Assembly (NCBI GenBank): GCA_043776915.1
Contig: JAYVQT010000003.1
Span: forward strand, 26,187-90,186
DNA from: Minisyncoccota bacterium
GTDB taxonomy: Bacteria; Patescibacteriota; Minisyncoccia; Phycocordibacterales; UBA9973
DNA: 64,000 nucleotides
Direction of reading: 5' to 3'
Part shown: piece after piece, positions 1 to 9,564 of the stretch
How positions within the stretch are numbered: the first letter of the stretch is position 1
Layout: each line of letters starts with the position of its first letter
Position numbers and translations under genes: made by a program
Notes under the pieces: model-generated
What the model saw: the letters and a program-made list of their open reading frames with translations, nothing else
The model's database searches: none
Told to the model about the DNA's origin: nothing

Positions 1-1220
1 GCATTAGCATACTCAATATCGCGTGGACTTTCCAAGTTCTTAATAAGTCCCGATGTTTCATTTGGCAGATCAATGCCAGTTTTCTCACCAACACCGTACG
101 CTTTCATATATGCACGCATATTATCGTGGCCAAGTTTATTTTCCACAAAGACCATACCTGTGTTAAGCGATTGATCAAGAACAGTTTGCATTGTTGAAAG
201 ACCACGACCCTTTAGATCGAAGTTATTTATTTTCTTCGTATTCACAATAACAAAACCACTATCCATATATGTCGTCTCAGGTGTGACAACATTCTTATCA
301 AGTGCGGCTGCCATAACGAGGGGCTTAATAACGGAACCAAATTCAAAGACATTTTCAACAAGTGGATTGCGGTAGACATCAGTATTTTCGACACTTCCAA
401 AATCATTTATATCAAAATCAGGAAACCCGGCAATCGCATAAATCTCCCCTGTCTGCGGGTTAATAATAATACCTCCTGCTTGATCAGCATGCCACAATCT
501 AAGAGTATTTTGTAATTCAGACTCAAGCGTATGTTGTGTTGAAGGCTCGATCGTTGTCACAATATCACCTTGATTACTATTTGTGTCCGAAATACTATTA
601 CGTAGATTTGAAAATACTTCAGCAAAAAAGTTTATATAAGCTTCGTCTTTTGGCTTCGAAAGACTCAAGTTATAAAAGCGCTCCAACCCATACTGGCCAA
701 CCTTATCATTATCTTTATAGGCAAGGAATCCAAGTGTTTGTGAAGCTAAACTTCCTCCAGGATAGAAGCGCCAATTATCTTTATATATCGAGACTCCTTT
801 AATATGAAGTGCGTCAACTGCATCAGCTTGCTCTTTTGTCATATGAACCGCAATCTCTTCGTACGGATCATTCTTCTTTAAGGCATGGGACACAAATACA
901 TCATGACTCATGTCGATATATGAATCAAGGGTACTATATAATGCTTCAGCATCGGTCACTTCTTTAGGATTAATAGCAAGTTTAAATCCTGAGGAAATCG
1001 TGGCCGCCGCCACAAGTGTACTATCTTTTTTAGTAAAAAATATTGATCCACGATTAAAAATATCACCAGCGGGTGTAGCATACTGCTTGTCGGCTCGTTC
1101 AGCATATACATTCTGGTGAACAATCTGCACAAAAAAAAGCTTAACGACAAGTATGACCGCAAAGCCAAAAACAAATATGGATATAATCCTTATTCGTGAT
1201 TGGAACAATGCTGGTACCAT
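1..1220 (-). CDS. ftsI: Penicillin-binding protein, class B transpeptidase (FtsI-like); partial, C-terminus lies beyond the left window edge
   Basis: Own translation of the minus strand from the ATG at complement 1218-1220: [32 protein letters not shown]... This gives an N-terminal TM helix, a PBP dimerisation region and an SxxK motif (GSVIKP). The frame stays open to position 1. It is absent from the ORF track because it has no stop within the window. It lies directly downstream of ftsL-rsmH-mraZ. Confidence 0.8.
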   Translation of the reverse strand, partial: MVPALFQSRIRIISIFVFGFAVILVVKLFFVQIVHQNVYAERADKQYATPAGDIFNRGSIFFTKKDSTLVAAATISSGFKLAINPKEVTDAEALYSTLDSYIDMSHDVFVSHALKKNDPYEEIAVHMTKEQADAVDALHIKGVSIYKDNWRFYPGGSLASQTLGFLAYKDNDKVGQYGLERFYNLSLSKPKDEAYINFFAEVFSNLRNSISDTNSNQGDIVTTIEPSTQHTLESELQNTLRLWHADQAGGIIINPQTGEIYAIAGFPDFDINDFGSVENTDVYRNPLVENVFEFGSVIKPLVMAAALDKNVVTPETTYMDSGFVIVNTKKINNFDLKGRGLSTMQTVLDQSLNTGMVFVENKLGHDNMRAYMKAYGVGEKTGIDLPNETSGLIKNLESPRDIEYAN

Positions 1221-1543
1221 TATCTTAAGGCTACAGTTGCAGCGTTACGTGAAGCAAAAATATTAGTATTCATATCAATAAAGCCAAGCGACAACGCATA
1301 GTTTTTATCTATCTTATTGGTACTTGCCAAATAGCGAAGTTCAAGCTCACTAATATTACTACCGAGTTCACGAACTGTTTTCTCAAGATTTTTACGCGCA
1401 AGAACATTAAATGTAATCGATCCTATTAAATATACATACACAAGTGATAATGTAATAAGTGAAGCAAGCAACACTCGGAAGATAATAAGACGAGTGCTTG
1501 TGTTTTCTATAATATTATTTTTGAGGGCTTTGGCTTTGTTCAT
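1220..1543 (-). CDS. ftsL: Cell division protein FtsL-like (single TM, coiled coil)
   Basis: 107 aa with one N-proximal TM helix. Its position between rsmH and ftsI is the canonical FtsL slot in dcw clusters. Confidence 0.5.
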   Translation of the reverse strand: MNKAKALKNNIIENTSTRLIIFRVLLASLITLSLVYVYLIGSITFNVLARKNLEKTVRELGSNISELELRYLASTNKIDKNYALSLGFIDMNTNIFASRNAATVALR

Positions 1544-1572
1544 ACTGTTTATGTCTTAATTATTAATGTATG

Positions 1573-2478
1573 TTACTTTTTTTCTATAATTCTTAGTTTA
1601 GCGCTTCGGGCTCGTGGGTTTAATTTTAATTCTTCATATGTCGGAATGATTGGCTTTTTCGTAATAATGGTTCCATACTCTTGATGTTTTAATTTAACGT
1701 ATGCCTGCTTGACGATGCGATCTTCAAGGCTATGGAATGAAATGATGGCAAGCCTACCTCCAACTGATAAGAGATTAAATCCTTTTTCAATAACTTTCTC
1801 TAAGTTACAGAGCTCATTGTTAGTTGCGATACGAAGCGCTTGGAATGTCTTGGTTGCGGGGTGGATCTTCATTTTCTTATAAGCTCGTCCGACTGACTCT
1901 TCTATAATCTTTACAAGATCAAATGTTGTCTCGATGGATTTCTTTTTACGAGACTCAATTATCGTTTTGGCAATCTTGCGAGAATACTTCTCTTCACCGA
2001 AACCATAGATGATGTCTGCGAGTGTCGTCTCTTCCCACGTATTGACGATATCTCGAGCGGTCAGATCTTCTTCGGTTGGATTCTTCTTCATCGTCATAAG
2101 AAGGGGTTCATCTTTCATAAATGAGAATCCTCGGCCTGATACTTCGAGCTGGAATGATGAGAGTCCTAAGTCAAGCATAATGCGGTCAACGTGTGGCATA
2201 TTAAGCTCGGCCAGAACTTTGTCCATATCTTGGAATCCGCAGGTACGAAACACGGCATCATGAGGAAGTTCACTAATCAAAGCTTTGGCGCGATCTATCG
2301 CATCAGCATCAAAGTCGAGTCCAATAACTTTTACCCCCGAGCCGAAGCGGCGCATGATCTCGAACGTATGCCCTCCGCCACCGAGCGTACCATCGATAAT
2401 GATGTCACCCGATCGGATGGCGAGTCCGTCAATCGTTTCATTTTTGAGTACTGGAATATGATTCATATTAAAGAACAC
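1573..2478 (-). CDS. rsmH: 16S rRNA (cytosine1402-N4)-methyltransferase RsmH/MraW
   Basis: N-terminus HIPVL...IDGTLGGGGHT and overall length fit RsmH. TAA stop verified. The 11-nt overlap with mraZ is typical. Confidence 0.9.
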   Translation of the reverse strand: MFFNMNHIPVLKNETIDGLAIRSGDIIIDGTLGGGGHTFEIMRRFGSGVKVIGLDFDADAIDRAKALISELPHDAVFRTCGFQDMDKVLAELNMPHVDRIMLDLGLSSFQLEVSGRGFSFMKDEPLLMTMKKNPTEEDLTARDIVNTWEETTLADIIYGFGEEKYSRKIAKTIIESRKKKSIETTFDLVKIIEESVGRAYKKMKIHPATKTFQALRIATNNELCNLEKVIEKGFNLLSVGGRLAIISFHSLEDRIVKQAYVKLKHQEYGTIITKKPIIPTYEELKLNPRARSAKLRIIEKK

Positions 2479-2902
2479 CTATCTGCCCTAATTTATCAGC
2501 CAGGGCGTCCGCCTGTGTTTCTACAATCTTTTTGTAGTTATTCCATGCTTTCTCGTTCCAGATTTCTGCGCGGTTCTGTACTCCGATGACAATCACTTTA
2601 CTAGTCAATCCTGAACGATTCTTTAAATTTTCCGGGATTAGTATTCGGCCGCTCGTGTCGACATCGACAACGATAGCTTGCCCAAACATAAATCTCGAGA
2701 AACTTCGATTATCTGTCGCAAGCATTGATGAGTCGGAAAGCTTACTTGAGATCTTCTCCCATTCCTTGGTGGTAAATATTGATAAACAATTATCAAGCCC
2801 AGGGGCAACAATAACACTCTTCCCCATTTCTTTTCGGAATTTTACTGGCAGTGACATTCGGTTCTTGTCGTCTAATGTGTGTGTATATTCTCCAATTAAC
2901 AT
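2468..2902 (-). CDS. mraZ: Transcriptional regulator MraZ
   Basis: MLIGEYTHTLDDKNRMSLPVKFR aligns with the MraZ N-terminus (compare B. subtilis MFMGEYQHTIDAKGRM). The start was moved to the internal Met at complement 2900-2902. The longer ORF-track start (2935) would overlap the GTGGG operator-like repeats. Confidence 0.85.
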   Translation of the reverse strand: MLIGEYTHTLDDKNRMSLPVKFRKEMGKSVIVAPGLDNCLSIFTTKEWEKISSKLSDSSMLATDNRSFSRFMFGQAIVVDVDTSGRILIPENLKNRSGLTSKVIVIGVQNRAEIWNEKAWNNYKKIVETQADALADKLGQIGVL

Positions 2903-2915
2903 AAATAATTTATTC

Positions 2916-2951
2916 GCCACTTTATCCCACAACACAAATACTCTTCCCCAC
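2916..2951 (-). promoter_or_regulatory. Three direct GTGGG/GTGGC repeats (minus-strand sense) immediately upstream of mraZ; candidate MraZ operator boxes
   Basis: The repeats are the reverse complements of plus-strand 2916-2920 (gccac), 2926-2930 (cccac) and 2947-2951 (cccac). Spacings are 10 and 21 nt, i.e. helical-turn periodicity as for E. coli MraZ boxes. Confidence 0.35.
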
Positions 2952-2981
2952 TCAAACTGTGGATAACAAAATTCCCTATAT

Positions 2982-3009
2982 TTGACATATTTAAATTAAA
3001 TGATATATT
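2982..3009 (+). promoter_or_regulatory. Sigma-70-like promoter P1 (TTGACA, 16-nt spacer, extended -10 TGaTATATT)
   Basis: TTGACA at 2982-2987, TG at 3001-3002, TATATT at 3004-3009. No coding region follows for about 280 nt. Confidence 0.4.
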
Positions 3010-3015
3010 CTAAAA

Positions 3016-3214
3016 TAGATTAATGTCATCATAGTTCTTTTAAAGTGAATATAGGTCTACTAACTATATTCCAGAATTTCAATAGGGCGACACTTGTACC
3101 GAATCACCTTAATGTTCAGGCACATGTAATACTTGTCCCCGAAAAGCTTACGTGAATTGAAATTCACAAAAGAACAGAACCATCCACTTTTAAAAGAGGG
3201 TGGTTTTTATTTTA
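3016..3214 (+). ncRNA. Candidate ~200-nt small RNA between promoter P1 and a hairpin plus U-tract
   Basis: Strong promoter P1, an internal 7-bp palindrome (gtgaatt gaa attcac near 3152-3167) and an imperfect hairpin plus T-run at about 3178-3214. No ORF longer than 30 aa. Identity unknown. Confidence 0.2.
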
Positions 3215-3243
3215 TTGACTTATATATAATTTAATAGTATAAT
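3215..3243 (+). promoter_or_regulatory. Sigma-70-like promoter P2 (TTGACT, 17-nt spacer, TATAAT) for ORF 3293-3595
   Basis: TTGACT at 3215-3220 and TATAAT at 3238-3243. Both are consensus-grade. The ORF start is about 45 nt downstream. Confidence 0.45.
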
Positions 3244-3292
3244 ACTATTAAACATAAACAAAATTTCATCTTTTCACATAAAAAACAAAAAT

Positions 3293-3595
3293 ATGTTACT
3301 CAGAAAAATGTTTAATGATTTAAATAATGTACTATTTGGCCCAATTTATGGACCACATAGATTTAAAACTCTTTACAGTGTTTTAAAAGCATATGATGCA
3401 GATAGACAGGATTTATTTGCTGAAGCTTTAAAAAAAGTAGGGACACTAGAAAAAATAAATAAAAAGCGTCTTAAATTTATTGTAGGTATGTTAAACCAGA
3501 AGTTAGATCTCCTGGTGAAAGAAAGAGAGCAGAAGTCAAAAATATTTACTGAGCTCGAAAACATAGCCATTAAAATGGTAAACGAAATTAAATAA
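3293..3595 (+). CDS. Hypothetical protein (100 aa)
   Basis: ORF with its own consensus promoter and a downstream hairpin terminator. No recognisable motif. Confidence 0.4.
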   Translation: MLLRKMFNDLNNVLFGPIYGPHRFKTLYSVLKAYDADRQDLFAEALKKVGTLEKINKKRLKFIVGMLNQKLDLLVKEREQKSKIFTELENIAIKMVNEIK

Positions 3596-3605
3596 AAAAT
3601 ACAAA

Positions 3606-3632
3606 AAGAAACCTAATCAGTTTCTTTTTTTA
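3606..3632. terminator. Bidirectional rho-independent terminator between convergent genes
   Basis: Stem agaaac(3607-3612)/gtttct(3620-3625) followed by a T-run, with an A-run before it. Confidence 0.5.
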
Positions 3633-4034
3633 TGCTGCCTCGGTATAGAATACATTATTAATTCTACTAACAAAATTTTGATTATTATCTTTGGTACACC
3701 TCTGTATCGCATTATCCATAGCTTTTTTTATCCTCGAATCATTTTTTAGGATTTCCTCGGGTACAATATGTAATTTAAGAATTCTATTGATATCATTAAA
3801 TCCTGTTTCATCATTTGCTTCAATATTCTTAAATCTCTCTTCGATATATAATTCAATATCAAGCAATAGTATTCTTTCAATTTCTTGGGTGTGGATATCT
3901 CTATAATGCTCATGTACATAATTTTCGAGATCGGTTAAGTTATCATTTTGTAAGTACTGATGAATAGCAACCATGGGACTTGGCTCTATTTCTAGTACTT
4001 TTTCTTTTTTAGTAAATTTTAAAAATTCAAGCAT
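3630..4034 (-). CDS. Hypothetical protein (134 aa)
   Basis: ORF only; acidic; no recognisable domain. Confidence 0.4.
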   Translation of the reverse strand: MLEFLKFTKKEKVLEIEPSPMVAIHQYLQNDNLTDLENYVHEHYRDIHTQEIERILLLDIELYIEERFKNIEANDETGFNDINRILKLHIVPEEILKNDSRIKKAMDNAIQRCTKDNNQNFVSRINNVFYTEAA

Positions 4035-4046
4035 AGTATAGTACTA

Positions 4047-5531
4047 TCACTCATGAGATTTTGGTTTCATTAATGGAAAGAGTTGCGTCTCACGAATTGG
4101 CTTGTCTACCATAAAGGAAAAAAGTCGCTCGCCAAAGCCGAATCCACATGTCGGTGGCATACCGTGCTCAAGCATCTCTACAAATTCCCATTCCGGTTGC
4201 ATAGCTTCTGTGTCCCCTTTCTCAATTAATCTCTGCTGTAGTTCAAAGCGGGCACGCTGATCTATCGGATCATTTAGTTCTGAGAATCCGTTACCAAGCT
4301 CTGACCCAGCTAGAAGTGGCTGGAATCTTTCAGTTAACTCTGGATTATCTTTCCTTGCTTTTGAAAGTGGTGACACAAGCTTCGGATGACCGACCAAAAA
4401 TGCGGGGCCAGCAATCTGCTTACGACAATACTTCCAGAGTGTATCAGTCAATCGCTCACGATTATCACCTTCGTAGCTGACACCAAGTTTAGTGAGCGTA
4501 TCTTTCATATCTTGCTCAGTTGCAGAAAGAACATCAATCCCTGTGACTCTTTTTACTTCATCAACATATTCAATACGTTTCCATTCGTTAGCAAGATCAA
4601 AGGTATGTCCGTGAGTTGTAAATATGGTTGTTTCGAAAACTTCTTTGGCAATCGTTCGATATAAGTCTTCGACAATTTTCATACCATCTTCATAGTTTGC
4701 ATAGGCCCAGTAGAATTCCATATTGGTAAATTCTTGCAAATGCTCGGGGCTTGTACCTTCATTTCTATACGCCCGACCGATTTCAAACGTCTTTGGGAAA
4801 CCAGCGGCCATCAAGCGCTTCTGCCAAAGCTCACCGATCGAGATGCGTAAATAGACATCAATATCAAAATCTTTGTGGTGAGTTTTAAAAGGGTTAGCCT
4901 CAGCTCCACCGGTCGTGACTTCAAGAGTTGGTGTTTCAACTTCGAGAAATCCATGTGACTTCATAAAAGTGCGAGTAACTTCCCAGAATTTTGATTTCTT
5001 AATAAAAAGCTCTTGAAGCTCAGGTGTTGTTAGAATATCTAAATATCGCTTTCGAAAACGCTCTTCGACATCTTGGAGACCATGCCATTTATCAGGAAGT
5101 GGGGCCAGGGCCTTGGTTAGGATATTCCAGTGTTTCACCAGAATTGTTTTTTGCTCTGTTTTTGTTTTAAATAGCGTGCCTGTTACTTCGATAAAATCAG
5201 CGCTATCGATGGTATCACGGAATAAATTAAAAAGAGTATCCTTGAGTTCTCCTTTTTTAATTAAACCCTGGAACTCATCTGAGCCATCGGTGAAATTAAA
5301 AAAGATTAGAGCGCCTTGCCCACGAGTCACCAGCACTCGGCCAGCAAGTGTGACTTCTTTTTGAGAATTTTCTAGAAATTCAAAACCGATAATAACTTCA
5401 CGTACGGTATGAGTACGAAAAGAGTTTGCGGTGAATGGATCCATTCCCGCCTCTTGTAATATATGCAATTTTGATAATCGAGCACTCCGTAATTCTTCAA
5501 GTGATGCCATAGGTCTATTGTATATCAACAA
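4047..5531 (-). CDS. lysS: Lysine--tRNA ligase (class II)
   Basis: Class II aaRS motifs (FRTHTV..., GRVLVTRGQGALIFF, ELGNGFSELNDP) and length 494 aa. TGA stop verified. Confidence 0.9.
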   Translation of the reverse strand: MLIYNRPMASLEELRSARLSKLHILQEAGMDPFTANSFRTHTVREVIIGFEFLENSQKEVTLAGRVLVTRGQGALIFFNFTDGSDEFQGLIKKGELKDTLFNLFRDTIDSADFIEVTGTLFKTKTEQKTILVKHWNILTKALAPLPDKWHGLQDVEERFRKRYLDILTTPELQELFIKKSKFWEVTRTFMKSHGFLEVETPTLEVTTGGAEANPFKTHHKDFDIDVYLRISIGELWQKRLMAAGFPKTFEIGRAYRNEGTSPEHLQEFTNMEFYWAYANYEDGMKIVEDLYRTIAKEVFETTIFTTHGHTFDLANEWKRIEYVDEVKRVTGIDVLSATEQDMKDTLTKLGVSYEGDNRERLTDTLWKYCRKQIAGPAFLVGHPKLVSPLSKARKDNPELTERFQPLLAGSELGNGFSELNDPIDQRARFELQQRLIEKGDTEAMQPEWEFVEMLEHGMPPTCGFGFGERLFSFMVDKPIRETQLFPLMKPKSHE

Positions 5532-5979
5532 TAGTGTATTTGACTAGTCCTTTCGGAGTTGTGATCGATACAACGTCACCTTTTGATTTACCAAAGAGTG
5601 CTTCACCAAGTGGTGACTTATTTGATATTTTATTTTTAGACATATCAGCTTCTTCCGCACCAACAATACTGTACGTGATAACATCTTTGGTATTTTCTTT
5701 TTTAACAGAGACTGTTGTACTAATTTCTACTTTGGTACTGTGATGTTTCTTCACAACAACAGCTGACTGGAGCATATACTCAATCTGCTTTATACGATCT
5801 TCAATTTTACCTTGATCTTCGCGAGCTTGATGATATTCAGCATTCTCAGAAAGGTCACCAAGAGCCTTAGCAGCTTCGAGCGCCTCAAGTATTTCCTTAC
5901 GTTTGACGTTTTTTAAATTATTTACTTCCTCAATGAAAGCTTGTTTTTTCTCTTCAGTTATGTGTTGTATTTCATCCAT
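5515..5979 (-). CDS. greA: Transcription elongation factor GreA
   Basis: An N-terminal coiled coil with the acidic tip LGDLSENAEYH, and the C-terminal FKBP-like domain. Confidence 0.85.
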   Translation of the reverse strand: MDEIQHITEEKKQAFIEEVNNLKNVKRKEILEALEAAKALGDLSENAEYHQAREDQGKIEDRIKQIEYMLQSAVVVKKHHSTKVEISTTVSVKKENTKDVITYSIVGAEEADMSKNKISNKSPLGEALFGKSKGDVVSITTPKGLVKYTIVDIQ

Positions 5980-6020
5980 AATCGAGTTAGTATACCGTTT
6001 TAAGGTAAATAAGTCAAAGG

Positions 6021-7730
6021 CTAGTTCAAGTACTCTGGTGTATATACACTCATATAGTCGACAACTTCACTCATCACTTGTGTAGCATTTCCTGAAGCTA
6101 TTTTCGGCCCTCGTTCCATGAGGACGGCAAATGTGTACTTTGGATTATCATACGGGAAAAACCCCACAATCCATGAGTTCGTATTTGTATTACCAAGGCC
6201 AATTTGGGCTGTACCAGACTTGGCAGCTACTTTAACTGATGCTAAGTTAAGCTTTGTAGCTGTTCCTCCGATTACTGTTTGGCGCATCGCTTCTTGTATA
6301 ACTTTCATTTTCTCTTGGTCAACAGGTATAATTGTCTGGGTTTTTTCAAGTTTTGTATCACCGAGCCTTACATGCGGAGTTGGAATAACTCCGAAGTTTG
6401 CAATACCAGCTACAGCTTTTGCCATTTGAAGTGGACTAACTTGGAATCCATATTGACCAATTGAAGTATTGTATGTATCACCAACTCGCCAGATATCACC
6501 TTTGAATGTTTTAGCTTTCCACTCTGGAGTCGGAATGGTCCCCTCTTTCTCACCACCCATGTCAACTCCAGTTTTTTGAGCAATACCAAACATACGTGTA
6601 TACTTATCAATATTTACAATTCCCAATCCTTTCTGATCCTGGAATCCACCACCAATTTCATAAAAATAAACGTCAGAAGAGATCGCAATTGCTTGCTTCA
6701 TATCGACATAACCGAATGAGCCATGATCTTTGAAGGTTGACTTTTTATCAGGAAAATACGGATTTGGAATAGAGATAGAACCATTTGATAAAATTTGCTT
6801 CAATGGAGAGATTATATCTTCCACAAGTGCACCATAAGCAATAAATGGCTTTACGATCGAGCCCGGTGTATATAGTCCAGCTACAGCTCGGTTAAGAAAA
6901 ACTTTTCGCTTATCAGACAGATACTCAGTAATGGTTTTCTTGTCTTCTCCTTTCGAAATAATATTCGAGTTATATTCCGGATAACTTGTTAATGCTAGTA
7001 ATTCTCCTGTTTTAATATCCATAATAACACCCGCACCACCAGAGAATGATACTCCTTGAGCCATTGATACAATAGAGTCATATAATTTCTTCTGTACACG
7101 ACTATCTATAGAAAGCTTAAGATTTTCGCCCGGCTTTGGTTGAGATACCGTATTCTCAGACTGAATCGCACCACTGACATCTGTCTCAGTAATACGAACA
7201 CCATTTTTACCAGTTAAATTTTCATTATATGATTTCTCAACACCATCTTTACCGATAAAGGCATCTTGCCAGTAATGCCCGGATGAATCTTTTGCTGGCT
7301 GGCTGACGTACCCAAGTAAAAGTCCGAACCCAGAGTCGGAAATATACGCTCTTTCAGGAGCAGAAAATTTATCGAGATCAGTTTTATCCCAGACATTCCA
7401 CGCAAGCACTGTATCTCGACGATCATAGATCATGCCTCTATCAGCAAAAATTGGTTGATTCGTTAAACTATTATTTTGACTTTTTTTATAAAATGTTTCA
7501 CCACGTACTATTTGCAAGCTTTGGAGTTGCCAGACAAATACGAATGCCATGAAGATAAAAAAGAAACCAATAATAAAAATCGAACGCTTTGGAATTGATT
7601 GCTCTAAGCGACCTTCAAACTGCTGAGTGTTAAAATGAGGTAGATTTTTTGAATCCAAGAATATTTCATCTGGATCAATATCTTGCCTGATAGATCGTTT
7701 ATGTAAATTAATATTCATTGTTATATACAA
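6021..7730 (-). CDS. Penicillin-binding protein, class B transpeptidase (PBP2/MrdA-like)
   Basis: N-terminal TM, then SxxK (GSIVKP), SxN (SSD) and KTG-like (KSGTAQ) motifs. It is distinct from the ftsI at the window edge. Confidence 0.75.
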   Translation of the reverse strand: MYITMNINLHKRSIRQDIDPDEIFLDSKNLPHFNTQQFEGRLEQSIPKRSIFIIGFFFIFMAFVFVWQLQSLQIVRGETFYKKSQNNSLTNQPIFADRGMIYDRRDTVLAWNVWDKTDLDKFSAPERAYISDSGFGLLLGYVSQPAKDSSGHYWQDAFIGKDGVEKSYNENLTGKNGVRITETDVSGAIQSENTVSQPKPGENLKLSIDSRVQKKLYDSIVSMAQGVSFSGGAGVIMDIKTGELLALTSYPEYNSNIISKGEDKKTITEYLSDKRKVFLNRAVAGLYTPGSIVKPFIAYGALVEDIISPLKQILSNGSISIPNPYFPDKKSTFKDHGSFGYVDMKQAIAISSDVYFYEIGGGFQDQKGLGIVNIDKYTRMFGIAQKTGVDMGGEKEGTIPTPEWKAKTFKGDIWRVGDTYNTSIGQYGFQVSPLQMAKAVAGIANFGVIPTPHVRLGDTKLEKTQTIIPVDQEKMKVIQEAMRQTVIGGTATKLNLASVKVAAKSGTAQIGLGNTNTNSWIVGFFPYDNPKYTFAVLMERGPKIASGNATQVMSEVVDYMSVYTPEYLN

Positions 7731-7977
7731 TCATTCGAGATCGAAATGCTTGGAGACCAATATACAGAAGACTTATACTAATCGGGAACCAAACTCGAGA
7801 TGTGATAAACCTATCACCAGGTACTGCAAACAGAGTATACATAACTATGCTTACACACAGAAACTCATAAAAATTCTTAAAAAGAAACATACCAATAAAT
7901 GCCAAAGAAACCGTTATCCACCAAGGTAGAATAAAGACTGACACAAATAACATACTATCAAACAAAAGCCGTTTCAT
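7708..7977 (-). CDS. Small membrane protein (3 predicted TM helices), hypothetical
   Basis: 89 aa, hydrophobic, immediately upstream of the PBP gene. An MreD-like role is only a positional guess. Confidence 0.3.
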   Translation of the reverse strand: MKRLLFDSMLFVSVFILPWWITVSLAFIGMFLFKNFYEFLCVSIVMYTLFAVPGDRFITSRVWFPISISLLYIGLQAFRSRMIVYNNEY

Positions 7978-8017
7978 GAGTAATATTATACCTTTTGAAA
8001 TAAGGATGACAACTATA

Positions 8018-8806
8018 CTATCTATTTCTTATTCTACGATAACATATTCGAAGAATAAGGAAGACAGTAATAAGAATAAGTCCATAGAATACTATTTGGG
8101 TACTAAAAATAAGAGATGCGATTGATAAAAGAAAAAGTTTAATATAGGCAATCGGCTTTTCTGTTACATCGAGTAATTTTTTATTTGATTGTGCGTTCTC
8201 GAGTATCGATCGAGGAGTATTAAGCATATCGATTCTCTTTTCTGTTACATCTTTATTCGTAGCTATATTTGTAGCTACAGCCATACGAAACGTATCCGTA
8301 GCATTAAAGTTACTACGCGCAGCCGTACTGACGGATGGTGGTATGATACTACGTAAGTCTGTTTTGGCTATATCAAGTTGTTTTTTAATGATAGTTCCAC
8401 TTGAAACATGTGAGTCATCAATGCCTGGAATTCCTGACACAGAACGATGATCGACAGCAGTGACACTTGTGTTACCCGATGAGACAATCTTGGCAGATAT
8501 ATCATGATCCCCTGCCGTTACTTTCCATGGTACTGATATATCTTTCAAGCTCAATGCACTCACAATAATATCTCGCGCACCAAGAATAGTACTTTTATCA
8601 TAGAATTCAACTCGAGTCGATACTGGCTTATCACTATTATTAAACACTGCCGTGTGTATCTTAATCGTATCGTCTACTTCAAGAGGTTCTTTCGAATACC
8701 AAATCTGACCAGGTAAAAAACCAACAGTCGGAACAGTCACCGCATATACAACCTGTATATTACAATATAGAAAAAGGATAATTAAAATAAGTAAATATTT
8801 TTTCAT
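8018..8806 (-). CDS. Hypothetical secreted protein with C-terminal TM anchor
   Basis: N-terminal signal peptide, an S/T-rich middle region and a C-terminal hydrophobic helix followed by basic residues. Confidence 0.4.
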   Translation of the reverse strand: MKKYLLILIILFLYCNIQVVYAVTVPTVGFLPGQIWYSKEPLEVDDTIKIHTAVFNNSDKPVSTRVEFYDKSTILGARDIIVSALSLKDISVPWKVTAGDHDISAKIVSSGNTSVTAVDHRSVSGIPGIDDSHVSSGTIIKKQLDIAKTDLRSIIPPSVSTAARSNFNATDTFRMAVATNIATNKDVTEKRIDMLNTPRSILENAQSNKKLLDVTEKPIAYIKLFLLSIASLIFSTQIVFYGLILITVFLILRICYRRIRNR

Positions 8807-8808
8807 TA

Positions 8809-9537
8809 TTACTTAAGAGAAAAAGATGCTTTGACTGTAAGCATAATATTCTTTTCAATCTTTGACGTATCGTATGAGCCGTAATCTGAGACATCAAGCG
8901 AGTTCGAAGACATGACTTGAACCACACCAGAAGATGCACTCTGTAACTGGCCAATACTTTTCCCACTTGATTCGGCAAGTTTTGAGGCGCGAGCTTTAGC
9001 ATCTTTAATAGCATCAGAGAGAAGCGCTACACGCTCTTCGGGTAGCTTGGTATAAGTATATTCAAGAGATTGTGTTGAAAAGACGACACCCTTGTCGATA
9101 AGCGGATTAATATTTTTAGCAATCTGGGTGATACCATTTACATCGGATGAATTTATATCGACAGTTTGCCTTAAGGTATATGTTTTCTCAGTATTTTGTG
9201 GTTGGTCATAATTCTGATCCATAAAGACTGGTGAGATCACTATTTGATCAGGAGTAATAGTATTACTTTTTAAAAATTCTTGAACGTTTAACACATCAGT
9301 CGCCATACTCGCATAGCCCGCTTTGAGTGTATTTGTTTTGACAATGTGATTGATAACCCCGACCCATTTGACGTGATCAGAAGTAACACGCTTTGAAGCT
9401 GATCCAGTAACGGTCAGAGTATTATCGAGCGCTCGAATGTGATAAAATGTCCATGCGCCGATAGATGTACTGAGAATAAGTGCAAGAGCAATACATATAC
9501 GAGAGTTAGACCAACTGTGTTTATGTGTGGTTTCCAT
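8809..9537 (-). CDS. SIMPL-domain (DUF541) periplasmic protein
   Basis: N-terminal TM, then LTVTGSASKRVTSDHVKWVGV..., which matches the start of the SIMPL/26-kDa periplasmic immunogenic protein family. Confidence 0.55.
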   Translation of the reverse strand: METTHKHSWSNSRICIALALILSTSIGAWTFYHIRALDNTLTVTGSASKRVTSDHVKWVGVINHIVKTNTLKAGYASMATDVLNVQEFLKSNTITPDQIVISPVFMDQNYDQPQNTEKTYTLRQTVDINSSDVNGITQIAKNINPLIDKGVVFSTQSLEYTYTKLPEERVALLSDAIKDAKARASKLAESSGKSIGQLQSASSGVVQVMSSNSLDVSDYGSYDTSKIEKNIMLTVKASFSLK

Positions 9538-9564
9538 ACTATTTATTATACCACAAAGCGCAGA

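Noticed and set aside
956-1174. ORF-track CDS (72 aa, -) near the left edge
   Set aside because: It is out of frame with, and wholly inside, the hand-translated ftsI reading frame, which has clear PBP motifs.
2468-2935. Longer mraZ start from the ORF track (MLWDKVANKLF...)
   Set aside because: The canonical MraZ N-terminus aligns with the internal Met at 2902, and the extension would be translated across the operator-like GTGGG repeats.
8018-8806. MreC assignment for the 262-aa protein upstream of the PBP gene
   Set aside because: Topology (signal peptide plus C-terminal TM anchor) and sequence do not resemble MreC, which has an N-terminal TM, a coiled coil and a beta-domain. Kept as hypothetical.
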